Source of the DNA: a virus
Reading direction: 5' to 3' (one strand)
Length of the DNA: 64,000 nucleotides
IMG/VR virus record: IMGVR_UViG_3300037258_000147
Span: 32,001-96,000 of that record
Under the pieces are notes generated by a model. It saw only the letters and a list, made by a program, of their open reading frames with translations, was not told the DNA's origin and made no database searches. A program made the translations under genes and the position numbers. This document shows positions 35,601 through 45,660 of this stretch, in pieces; positions within the stretch are counted from its first letter, which is position 1, and every line of letters begins with the position of its first letter.

Positions 35601-35722
35601 ACCTTATCAGCAAGGCTGATGTGCGCCGCCAAATTCGCACATGGGACGCCAAAGGCATGACAGCCCGCGTTTACACGAGCGATGGTGAGTGCGTATATGA
35701 CGGCTCAGCGCTCTCGTTTTAA
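32647..35722 (+). CDS. Cluster of ~10 small early hypothetical genes (32647-32871, 32953-33138, 33140-33346, 33362-33577, 33625-33975, 34048-34317, 34730-34942, 34974-35165, 35162-35425, 35546-35722)
   Basis: Short ORFs, most with GGAG(G) RBS; typical host-takeover region layout. Confidence 0.65.
32890..32944 (+). ncRNA. Twister ribozyme (type P1)
   Basis: CCG-UAA-CGC-GC-CUAUG-UCCAG-UCUC-CA-GU-CUGGA...GCG-GA-GAG-CGG matches P1/P2/P4/T1/T2. Confidence 0.78.
33987..34040 (+). ncRNA. Twister ribozyme (possibly degenerate)
   Basis: CCG-UAA-CGC-AC-CAUUG-CCCGA-UUCC-AA-GC-UCGGG...GACG-GA-GGA-CGG; mismatches in P2 and T2. Confidence 0.6.
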
Positions 35723-35981
35723 CCTTCGCCGCGCGGTATCCACCGTAAGCGGAGCGTCCGCCGTGGTAGGCGGGGCCGGTAAATTTAGTCCATTTTTCGG
35801 ACAAAACTCGTTGACAAGTCTATTTACCCATGATAGGGTGTAACCAAACGAAAAGGGGAAACCATGTTCCTGCTTCTAGTTGTACTGTTAACCTTCGGCG
35901 GTATGCACGGGCCGGTAACTCACCCGAAAACCCCGCCGCTTACCTTTCGCTGGAAATAGACCGTTGCCGGATCGTAACCGG

Positions 35982-36041
35982 CTCTCAATGCAGCCGCCTT
36001 ACGGCGAGAGTCACAAGCCTCTATAAATGCAGAGTGGGGAG
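35982..36041 (+). ncRNA. Twister ribozyme with P3
   Basis: CUCUC-AA-UGCA-GC-CGCCuuacGGCG-AGAG-UCAC-AA-GC-CUCU-AUAAA-UGCA-GA-GUG-GGGAG. Confidence 0.82.
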
Positions 36042-36046
36042 GAAAT

Positions 36047-36460
36047 ATGGAAACGGAGAAGGATTTTCAAACGGAAGCTAACGAGGCAGGCGAAAGGTTT
36101 GTTGAGGCGGCCCGTGTGCTGCTCGAAACGCTACGCAAGGCTGAAGAAAAAGAGGACGAAGAGGTCCAAGACGATATTACCCAAGAAATTGAGGAGTATC
36201 CGCTTTCTGTCTTGGTACGGTCTGGATGGTACGTTCCCGGCCAAAACACCGAAGACAACAAGCCAGAAGAATACGAGATTTTGCTTGGGACGGGCGGCCC
36301 AGCTTCTCGGATCGTGGGCCGGTTGGATGAATATCTACAGCCCGGGACAGCAACCTTCGAATACCAAGACTGGTTCAAGCCTTGGACGGCGGCGAAATTG
36401 AGCGGGGAGCAGAAAGGCATATTGCTTGAGTTCGCCTCTCATTTCTGGTTCGGCGAGTAA
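36047..36460 (+). CDS. Acidic phage early protein
   Basis: EEYEILLGTGGPASRI...YQDW motif; GGAGG RBS. Confidence 0.75.
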   Translation: METEKDFQTEANEAGERFVEAARVLLETLRKAEEKEDEEVQDDITQEIEEYPLSVLVRSGWYVPGQNTEDNKPEEYEILLGTGGPASRIVGRLDEYLQPGTATFEYQDWFKPWTAAKLSGEQKGILLEFASHFWFGE

Positions 36461-36495
36461 CCCAACTTTGTCCACAAAATGGACGGAAAAGAGGA

Positions 36496-37179
36496 ATGAA
36501 AATGGATATCAAGAATCTAGAGGATGTGGTTATTTACACATCCGCACTGCTCACAATCAAAGACGCTCTAGTAGAGGCTGTGTTAAAACGCGCGAACCTG
36601 TGCGGCGCGAACCTGTACGGCGCGAACCTGTGCGACGCGAACCTGTGCGACGCGAACCTGTGCGGCGCGAACCTGTACGGCGCGAACCTGTACGGCGCGA
36701 ACCTGTGCGGCGCGAACCTGTACGGCGCGAACCTGTACGGCGCGAACCTGTGCGGCGCGGACCTGCGCGGCGCGAACCTGCGCGGCGCGAACCTGTACGG
36801 CGCGGACCTGTACGGCGCGTACCTGAGCGGGACTAAAAATTCAGACATTGCTTTATCTCGGATTCAATTCATCCCGGAAACGGGAAGTTTTGAAGCGTGG
36901 AAGAAATGCGCGGACGGGGTTATTGTGAAGCTGCTCATCCCCGAAGATGCGGAACGTTCCCACGGAGCAGAACGGAAGTGCAGAGCCTCCAAAATTGTCG
37001 TATTGGATGTATTCGGAGCGGACTACGGCGTATCTGGCGGTGAATATGGAAAGATTGAATACCGCAAAGGGCAAACGGTGGAGCCAAAAAACGGATGGAA
37101 CGAGGACCGTTGGACAGTCTGCGGGGCTGGTATCCATTTCTTTCTCACTCGGGCGGAGGCCGAAAACTACGAGTTTTGA
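36496..37179 (+). CDS. Pentapeptide-repeat protein with DUF5758-like C-terminal domain
   Basis: ~16 A(N/D)LxG repeats; KCRASK...CGAGIHFFLTR.EA. Confidence 0.88.
   Translation: MKMDIKNLEDVVIYTSALLTIKDALVEAVLKRANLCGANLYGANLCDANLCDANLCGANLYGANLYGANLCGANLYGANLYGANLCGADLRGANLRGANLYGADLYGAYLSGTKNSDIALSRIQFIPETGSFEAWKKCADGVIVKLLIPEDAERSHGAERKCRASKIVVLDVFGADYGVSGGEYGKIEYRKGQTVEPKNGWNEDRWTVCGAGIHFFLTRAEAENYEF
36589..36829 (+). repeat. 15-bp tandem repeat (GCGAACCTGTRCGGC)n
   Basis: Directly visible, about 16 units. Confidence 0.95.
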
Positions 37180-37201
37180 TCTACCCCGCTGCGGCGGGTA
37201 T

Positions 37202-37274
37202 GCTCCCAATAACCAGCGTCCGGCCTAGAACGTCACGCGGGGGCGGGCAACACTAACGTTAGTGGCTAATGGTT
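37202..37274 (+). ncRNA. HDV-like ribozyme
   Basis: P1 GCUCCC/GGGGGC, P2 AACCA/UGGUU, P3 GCG/CGC, L3 UCC pairing with P1.1 GG, P4 CACUAAC/GUUAGUG, J4/2 CUAA. Confidence 0.7.
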
Positions 37275-37285
37275 CGAGGTGAGGA

Positions 37286-39469
37286 ATGAAACTCGTTTCA
37301 AACGCAACTACAATCGCAGAGTTCCGCGCAGATGTTCTCCAATACATCGAACTTCGCGCCGAGCAAAACCGAGCGGCTGAAAGGTCGGTCACCGGAAAGA
37401 ACATCAAGAAGATGTATATTCATGCCGCGTCTGAGATTCAGTCTATCGCCGATGATCTGCGCTATATGGACTCTGGGAATAAGGTAGCGTAATGCGTATT
37501 TTCCGGTCTCCAATATCCCGGATCAGTTGGAGGAGCGGGAATTTTCTTACATCCCAGGCGCGATCCTTGTCTGAGGTAATCAAGGGTCCGGCTAGACACC
37601 TTACGGCAAAGCCGGATTTTGTCTGCGCTGCCTGTACAAAGAATATGCACTACGCATGTGTTAGTAAAAGGTGCGAGTGCGGAAAGAAGCATTTATGACC
37701 CAAAATTTTTCCTTGACAGACCAACTAGGGTTGGCTATAATCATTGTAGCAATTTTGGAGTTGTGGTTTTTGTGGTAACTGGAATCTGTCCGAAAAATGG
37801 ACAAAAGAGGGGTTATGGAAATCAAAACCAGCACACTAGGGCCGTCTTGGGACGACTTTGAAACCGCAAGAATGAAAAGGGAAGACGAAAACGTAGCGCG
37901 GCGGGTAGCAGACTACCAGCGGCGCGGCGGATGGTTCGACCAAACCGAAGAGGAATTGTGATAGTCCCTCTGCAATACTGCTGTGACGCGCCCGGATGTA
38001 CGCAGGTTCGGACGGATACGAACCGATGGTGGGTCGTCTACACGGGATACCCCAGCCATATCGGAGTGTATACGTGGGATCACGCCGAGGCGGATCACAA
38101 ACTGGACAGCACGGACTCCCGCCACTTCTGCGGCCAAACTCACGCTCTGCAATTCGTATCATCTGAGATGGGGGTAAAATGAAACTCTCCTTCGAGGATT
38201 TTGTCTACTACTCGGAATGGCTTGAGATAGTTCGGATGGGGAATTTTGTCGGCGAGTATGAATTACGAAAAATTATTCTCAAGAAAATCCGAGAATTCAG
38301 ACGAGGCCGCCCACTTTTTGCCGGACCCTACGGGGATAAATCCGCGTGGGCTGGAATGGTCCGCAATTGGTACAAGGCATATGTGGAGGAAGCATGAAAC
38401 ACACGGAGATATTTTATTCTCTCTGCGAGGCCCACACTATTCTGTGTCTAGCCTGCGATAGGGCCGGAAACGCGGCGGATGTTTGGTGGATTCCCTTTTT
38501 CGGGCGGAACCGCTGGCGAGCCTACCGCACTGCACTCCATGCTATGGAGTACCTGCAAAAACAGGTAGGCGAAGAATACTCGCTGGCTGTTGAGGAGCTT
38601 TGCCAATGACCAATCTTTCAACCAGAAAGTCAAAGTGTATTGTCCAGTTTTCGGACACGATTCGGGAGCGGGGCCGGTTACGTGAAGTCATTATGGAGTT
38701 CTCACCCTACGGTATTAAAGTCCGACTCAAGGGCATGAGAAGTTCATACGATATTTCCCCGGCCTCTATCTACAACTCTGCTGTGCTTAAGTTTGTGGCA
38801 GCACAAAAATCTGAGAAGAAGGCCAAGAAAGCGGGGAGGAAATGAGGCAAGTGCGAAATAAATTATGGCTGCATAGTGGCTACCGGATCGGAGAAAACGG
38901 ATTCATATTTAACCGTCCAGCCTGTCGGTTGTGTAAATTGTTCGACGCCCGAGTTTGCGAAAATAAGTATTGCGTTTTTTGCTTTGTCGGACTCTTGGAG
39001 ATTCGGGGGATATGGGGATCGAGACGACGGCGGACTACGGGGGCTATCGTGCGCAGGACTCGAAAGATTTACAGGAACTCAGTTAGTCCGAAAAATGGAC
39101 AACCTGAATGACCAATCAGCTAGGCGATCTAACAGCCCGACAAGAAGCCTTACGGCATCTACGTTCCAGATGGATGAAATTATTCTTGACTAAGCCCTGG
39201 ACTTCGGATAACGTAAGGGAGAGAGCTTTGATTTGTGAGAAGATTGTTAAGTGGGGTGCAAAGTGAAAACCTACGAAGTAAAAGTACCGATTGCCGGACA
39301 CGCTTATGTTTATGTCGAGGCTGACTCGGAAGAAGAGGCTATCACAACGGCTGTGAGTGCGGCTGAGTTGCAGGATTTAGGCGGCTGGGAAGCCCTGCGG
39401 AAATTCAACATGGGCAACGTCTGTTACTGCCCGCAACCTTGGGAAGCAGAAGCTGCGGAAATGGAATAA
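37286..39469 (+). CDS. Cluster of small hypothetical genes (37286-37492, 37492-37698, 37958-38182, 38179-38397, 38394-38609, 38606-38845, 39263-39469)
   Basis: Translationally coupled short ORFs. Confidence 0.6.
37713..37741 (+). promoter_or_regulatory. Consensus sigma70 promoter
   Basis: TTGACA-17 nt-TATAAT. Confidence 0.8.
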
Positions 39470-39471
39470 CC

Positions 39472-40545
39472 GTGACTACCAAGCGCCGAGCAACATACCA
39501 ATATGACGGAACCGTAGGCGGGAAACGTCTACGGTTTTCGCTCGGAACTACTGACTCAAAATCTGCCGCGAAGTTAGAGCAGCGGATTGGGTTTGCTATC
39601 GCAGAAGGCCCGAAACCCGAAGTCTGGGAGAGCCTGAAACCTTCATTACCTCTAAGGAGCTATCAAGTCTTGACCTCAGTTATCGGCCTTACGGCGTTAC
39701 CAAATCTACGTGAATTTGAAGACACTTGGGAAAAACATTTAGACACGAGAAGGCGGCTTGGAGAAATTACCGAGTCTACTTACGACCTTTACGCTAAAGC
39801 GTCCAGGGATTTCTTCGCCCGAATGATCGAACTGAATGTCGGGAAAATGGACGAACTTACTCCAAGCGCCGTAGACGAGTATCTGGTTTGGAGACTTGAA
39901 AGCATAAAGGCAAAGGGAGGGTCTGGCCGAGGAGTAGTTACCATATCCAAGATACTTGTCCAGATTTTTGAATTGGGTATTAGGGACGGGCTGCTCAAAA
40001 CGTCGCCACTTAAGCACAAGTATAGACCAGACACAGACCCGAAAGCTCCTGATCCGTTTACCGATTCCGAAGTCCAGAAAATGGAAAATTCAGCGGATGG
40101 AATTGACCGGCTTGCTTTTCTTTTGTTGAAATGGACAGGACTAAGAAAGTCGGACGCGAGTTCGGTTACTTGGTCGGCCATAAACTGGGAGAAAGAAACT
40201 CTGACGTGGGAAACTAAAAAGCGCCATAAACAAGTCATAGTACCTTTACATGCCTCGTTAATGGCCGAGTTGAAAAAATATCGGGACGATTCAGATGTCC
40301 AAATTTTACCAATGGCCCAGAACCGGCTGTATCAACTCGTAGTAAATCTCGGAAAGAAATCTGGGGTCGAAAACTGTCACCCTCACAGATTTCGGGCATG
40401 GTTTGTATGTCGTTTGCTGGCTAAAGGTGCGAGTTTATTTGACGTGTCCAAAATGATCGGAGACTCCCACCAGGTTGTGGAAAAATATTATTCTGCTATT
40501 ACCGATGGACAACAAGAACGGGTCCGTGGTATACTAGCGGCGTAG
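39472..40545 (+). CDS. int: Tyrosine recombinase/integrase
   Basis: TGLRKSD, K, HPHRFR, GDS...Y catalytic set; N-terminal arm-binding-like segment. Confidence 0.88.
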   Translation: MTTKRRATYQYDGTVGGKRLRFSLGTTDSKSAAKLEQRIGFAIAEGPKPEVWESLKPSLPLRSYQVLTSVIGLTALPNLREFEDTWEKHLDTRRRLGEITESTYDLYAKASRDFFARMIELNVGKMDELTPSAVDEYLVWRLESIKAKGGSGRGVVTISKILVQIFELGIRDGLLKTSPLKHKYRPDTDPKAPDPFTDSEVQKMENSADGIDRLAFLLLKWTGLRKSDASSVTWSAINWEKETLTWETKKRHKQVIVPLHASLMAELKKYRDDSDVQILPMAQNRLYQLVVNLGKKSGVENCHPHRFRAWFVCRLLAKGASLFDVSKMIGDSHQVVEKYYSAITDGQQERVRGILAA

Positions 40546-40736
40546 GGCGGATTTAGTCCACAAAATGGCCCGGAGGAAAGCATTGGTACGCTTCGGTCGG
40601 CGGAACCTCAGTTACTCGGCACGGAGAGTCCAAGTGGAGCAGCAAAGCCATGGCGGAACTCAATGCCGAAAAATGGGCACAAGAAAACTGTGTGATAATC
40701 GAGCCCTCCATTTAATGGACTCAAGAAAGGACTGAA

Positions 40737-41274
40737 ATGGTAACTTGGATCAAAGACGCAAACGGCAATAAATGTTCTGTCGAGCATTGGGGGTCGGAAG
40801 AGGCGGCGCAGAAGGCGCTGGACTCCCTCCAGGACTGCAAAAACTGTATTAACTGCTCCTACTGCTCCGGCTGCTCCGGCTGCTCCGGCTGCTCCGGCTG
40901 CTCCGGCTGCTCCGATATCGCCTTTGAGCGATTCTTTATCGCTCAAAGGCGATCCGGAATCGAAGTGGGCCGGACCGCCTGCGGTGCCAAAAATAGAGAA
41001 CATCCACAAGAAAATCTACGAGGCCGCTTCGATTCCGCCAAAAGCTTTAGATATGGGCAACTGGCATGCCTGCGGAACCACTCATTGTCGCGGCGGATGG
41101 GCGGTGCATCTGGCCGGTGATGCTGGATACGCCTTGGAGCAGTTTCATGGGACGTTGCTGGCCGCGCAACTCATCTACCGCGAGAGTGGCTGCCCCATCA
41201 GCCCATGCCGGTTCTTCGACAGCAACGCCGACGCCTTAGCCGACATGAAGCGGCTGGCCGAACAGGATTCATAG
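40737..41274 (+). pseudogene. (CSx)n repeat protein, frameshifted at a 16-bp inverted repeat
   Basis: N-terminal CSG repeats in one frame, C-terminal GTTHCRGGW domain in the +1 frame. Confidence 0.6.
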
Positions 41275-41291
41275 TGCAAGAAAGGACTGCA

Positions 41292-43032
41292 ATGACAAAG
41301 TACCAGGAGATCGCAGCGCAAGCGTGCACATGTTTGAAGGAAGGCAGCGCGCGTTGCAAGTTTCCGCATCCATGCCGCCGCTGCGGTGAGTATCATCCGG
41401 GCGTCTCCTGCTATTGGCACGCTCATGGAAAGACGGCGGAAGATAAACCGGCTGCTGGGCGCGTGTTCCAGCGCTCAGGTGGATCGCTGGGATGCGATGA
41501 GTGCTGCAACGGAGACCGCTGTGATGATCGAACACACAAAGATCGGGATAATTGCCCATTTTGCTTGGGAAGCGGTGAGCCGAGGGGAGAACATGCTGAG
41601 TGCAAAGTACCGGAAGATCGCAGATGAAGCGTATGAGGACGACGCAAGGTTCGATCTTTACGCCGCCTGCGAAGCCGTAGGCGCGGCCATGCTGGCGGAC
41701 GCGACGGAGCCGGGAGCGCCGATGAGCGAGGCGGACACGGAGTCGGTGAGCTACGCTCTTGCGCAGATGGAGCGGTGCTACACCTTCCTGCCTTCTCACG
41801 GCAGCATTGGCGAGGAAGGTAAGGACAATTACGCATGGGGAATGCGCCGCTTAAAGGAAATCCTCGCCAAGCGCAGGCAGCCACCCGCGCAGGGGGATGC
41901 GCCACCGGAGCGCGGGCTGGTATCGCTGGATGCAGTGGAGAAGGCCATACGGGATCAGGGCAACACTTCTGGCGGCTGGAATGCATTTATCGCTGGCGTC
42001 CGCGCGCGCCTCGCCCCGCCTGCGAAGAAGACGGCGGAGGAACGGGTGACCATACGCGGACGGTCACCGCGCTCGCGTGTGTCGGAATACTGGGAAGTCC
42101 TCCTTGACGGCGCGCCTGTGTACAGGTTCGACCAGCGCGAGTGCGCAGAAATCTACCGCGCTGGCCTGATCGCCAAGTTGGAGAAGGAGGCGGGCAAAGA
42201 TGAAGGTCAGTGGGATCGAAGTCAATTTCGCAAGGCCGGTTGAATTGACAGACAACCAGCGGCGCTCCATCCACGCTGTAGTAGGAGAAGCCGCGCGCAA
42301 GACTGAAACATTTGAGTTCGTTCATTGGGCTGCGGGAACTGGCTGCAAGCCCAATTGGTCAAAAACCGATTGCGCCATTTTGGGTATGACGCTGACAGCA
42401 GATTCTCCCGAGAGGGGAGAGCCCGCATGGGATGATTCTGTGTTCTACATCGAAACCGCAACGCGAGAGCGCTACGCTTCAGAACCGTTTAAGCCGTACG
42501 CGAGAGCAAAGACCAATGCGGATAGATTCTGCGAACTGTTAGAGACCATCGATCAGCGTTGCACATCTGTCGATGGTCCTGTGACGCCGACGCTTACAGA
42601 AGCCACAGCAGATGAATTACGCAAACTGTATTTGTTTGCCGACAGGATCAGGAAGGAGGGGCAGCAGTGAGTATCACGTCTGAAATAAGAGGCCGTACGG
42701 TTACGGCGGCGGAGGCGCGTGAATCTGTGCGACGCCTTGTCAACTCCCACTTCCATAACCCAGACAGCGCGCGCGTTAGCATCCCAGCAGATGTGCGCGA
42801 CGATGATCTGATTGCGTCTGACTACGTGGAAGAATCTGCGGCCCTGTCCGAGTCCCACAGAGAACTCAGGGAGGCCGCGAAAAAAGCTGAAAGGTGCCTC
42901 ACCGAGTTGTACCCATCGGACCCGACAGCGGTTGAACACGAAGCTGAATACTACGCCGTGAACAAAGTATTGAACGAATTACGCGCTGCTCTCTCGCGTG
43001 CATCTCTGGCTCTGGCACTGGAGGTTGACTAG
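41292..43032 (+). CDS. GC-rich cassette of four hypothetical genes (41292-41627, ~41593-42243, 42200-42670, 42667-43032)
   Basis: Overlapping ORFs with higher GC content. Confidence 0.6.
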
Positions 43033-43181
43033 GTTTGTCCATAAAATGGACGGTTTGCTGTGTCAACAACCTAGTTCACACGACTAAACAGCAAGTCCAT
43101 TTTCCGACTTTTTTGGGCAACCTTGGGCGGCCTTGGTTCATCTTACTAACTAACCTCCCCCGAGGAGGAGAAGGAGATGAC

Positions 43182-43841
43182 ATGAGGACTAAACAGATTT
43201 CAGATGCTCCCCCCGAAATGTTCCAAGGGTGGGAAAAGTTGGAACCCAACGAGCAAACCAAGATTACGGTCGAAACCCATGCTCTCGAAAAGGCGGCTAA
43301 CACTCTCGAAATGTCCAATTTGGAAATCGGAGAGCATCTGGACAACATCAGTCTGGTCTTAGCCCCCAAACGCCAGTTCAACAAGTGGCTGCTGTGGTGG
43401 CTGGACAGCCGGAAGAGGGCCAAGAGCCGGTCATGGGCCTATCAAGCTCTGGCCGAGTATCAGGCTATTAAAAACCATATCCCCAAACCAGTTCTTGAGG
43501 TAGCCAAGGAGCGGGGAGTCAAATTAAGCCCCTTGGTGTTGGCCCAAAACCCTCCGCCCAAGACCCAGGACAAGGGGAAGATTCTGGAGTATGTCAACAA
43601 CCTGAAGCCCTCACGAGTCGAAATTGCCAAGTCCCCAGAGACCTTGTTAAAGGAGTGCGTGAACTTTGTTGGCACCAGATGGGCGCAACTGCCCAACAAC
43701 CACAAAACCAGAACAGCCTTTATGAGATCGCTGCTGGGAATGCTTCTGGGCAAATTTGGGGTGGCGTCTGAGCAGAGTTTTGCTCCAATGGCGATCCCGG
43801 ACAACTTCAAGGTACAGAGGGGGCGTCCCAAAGCAGCATGA
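43182..43841 (+). CDS. DUF3102-like helical protein (possible DNA-binding)
   Basis: LEIGEHL...F.KWL...SRSWAYQ; ATG 43182 after AGGAG. Confidence 0.6.
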   Translation: MRTKQISDAPPEMFQGWEKLEPNEQTKITVETHALEKAANTLEMSNLEIGEHLDNISLVLAPKRQFNKWLLWWLDSRKRAKSRSWAYQALAEYQAIKNHIPKPVLEVAKERGVKLSPLVLAQNPPPKTQDKGKILEYVNNLKPSRVEIAKSPETLLKECVNFVGTRWAQLPNNHKTRTAFMRSLLGMLLGKFGVASEQSFAPMAIPDNFKVQRGRPKAA

Positions 43842-44040
43842 GCACTTTGCTTATCAGCTTCCGAGACGGTAATCGGTTTTTGTCTTGTGAATCCTGCGGA
43901 GGGGCTGGAACAAAAACAAATGCAAGGTGTCCTGACTGCGGGCTGAGGTTCCTCAGGATTCGAGTCAAAAACGAAGACGGAAAAATTATCCACCATGAGG
44001 GGTCTGAGAAATCGGACCCCCTTATTTTTTAATTATTGTG

Positions 44041-44067
44041 TTGACAAAACCAAAATCATGCTATAAT
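44041..44067 (+). promoter_or_regulatory. Promoter for a stand-alone ncRNA
   Basis: TTGACA-15 nt-TATAAT with extended TG. Confidence 0.6.
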
Positions 44068-44072
44068 AAACG

Positions 44073-44217
44073 TGGTTGCGATGGCGTGTTCAACACGCAC
44101 CTATTCTCGGTGGTAGCCGAATCGTATGTCGGGTAGGAACGAGGGTAGCGACGGGGTTCGATTCCCCTAGTAGAGCGCGGGCGGCTCACGCTGCTGCGGG
44201 TCTGGTGCTCGCAACCA
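44073..44217 (+). ncRNA. Structured RNA with T arm and ACCA-ending terminal stem
   Basis: TGGTTGCGA/TCGCAACCA; GGGG-TTCGATT-CCCC; several hairpins. Confidence 0.6.
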
Positions 44218-44467
44218 AAATTTTTAGTCCGTTTTCTGGACAAAACATGGTATAATGCGCTCATGGAACCTGACCAAACACAACTTGCCTGTATCGAGGA
44301 ATATGCCCAGAAAACCGGACGCGGCGCTGCCGACTGTTTATTCGAAGCTATTGACGACTGGATTAAAGTAGTCGCCCTTACTGTTTCTCAACCAGAGAAG
44401 TTCAATGTAATACAATTTCCGTTGCAGGTAAGCGTGAATTAGTCCATAAAATGGACGGAGAGGTGCG

Positions 44468-44710
44468 ATGAAAATCACGGTAACTCAGACGCACATTAAG
44501 AACGCCAAGAGGATGAATTTAGGCAAATGCCCTATCGCTCTGGCGTTGCATAATTACGGGTGGAAGAAGCCTTTGGTACGCTACAATACGGTCTCGGAAG
44601 GTCCCTGCGGACTACCCCACCGTCTGCCCCCCAGAGCATCCGCTTTCATCTGCCGTTTTGACCGAGGCAAGCCTGTTAAGCCTTTTACTTTCGAACTGGA
44701 CACTGACTAA
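44468..44710 (+). CDS. Small paralog family member 1 (CP(I/V)ALAL...FD.G..V.PF.FE)
   Basis: Motif shared with three other ORFs in the window. Confidence 0.75.
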   Translation: MKITVTQTHIKNAKRMNLGKCPIALALHNYGWKKPLVRYNTVSEGPCGLPHRLPPRASAFICRFDRGKPVKPFTFELDTD

Positions 44711-45420
44711 TGACCCAAGACGAACTATTCGTATCCTTGTTTTGTGACCAACTATCTAATATAGCCAAGGGTATAAGACAAATGAGAAGTTGGTATGTTT
44801 TTTCGGACAAACGTCTGGGGGGTTTGGAAGATATTTTCAGGAAAGACGCGGCGGATTTTTCCGAGTACCAGAAAATGTTTCAAGTTTAGGAGGATTTTAT
44901 GACCAAACGATATTCCGCAGGGGCTATAGCGGACTATTATGATTACACAAACCTCGAATCTTCAGAAGACGGCAAGTTTGTCCTTTTTTCGGACTACGAA
45001 ATCCTTCTGACGGCAATTCGTGAGGCCCTTATTGCCATTAGAGAAGGATACACCTATAATGCCCAAGCCCAATTGGAATGTGGGCTGAAAAATGTAGGGG
45101 AGAAAATATGACCCAAATGTCCAAACAAGAGTATCATGATACCTGTTTCCAGCAGACCAAACCAGAGCCTGAGGTAGACACAAGTGTGCCCTTGTGGGTG
45201 TGGTTTATTGGTCTTGGCTTAGTAGCTCTGGTCTGGATGATTTTTTCTCAAGGAGTTCACTAATGCACAAAACTTTCTGGACGTTACTCCACGATCCGGC
45301 TCATCGGGAATTTGAAATTTTCCTGATGGTAGTATTTGGCGGAGTAGTAGGCGCGGCTTTGTGGCCTTGGATTAAGAAACACTGGGGCCATCATGTTTCT
45401 AGGGATAAAAAGGAGGGGGT

Positions 45421-45660
45421 ATGAAGGTTGTAGTTACTCGGCAGCATATTTTGGATGGAAAGAAAGTCCGCACCCGGGCGTGTCCAGTCGCCTTGGCTCT
45501 CAGAGACTCTGGATGGAAAGAACCGGTTGTGGGGGTTTCTATTTGCTGGGAGGACGGAGTGGGGAAGCCTTTTGTTCTTCCTCTAAAAGTGCAGAGTTTT
45601 ACAAACAGATTTGACAACGGACTTCCAGTCGAACCTTTTGAATTCGAGTTGTCCGATTAA
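45421..45660 (+). CDS. Small paralog family member 2
   Basis: CPVALAL...RFDNGLPVEPFEFEL. Confidence 0.75.
   Translation: MKVVVTRQHILDGKKVRTRACPVALALRDSGWKEPVVGVSICWEDGVGKPFVLPLKVQSFTNRFDNGLPVEPFEFELSD

Noticed and set aside
36589-36829. Tandem repeat as a CRISPR array
   Set aside because: No unique spacers; it encodes in-frame pentapeptide repeats.
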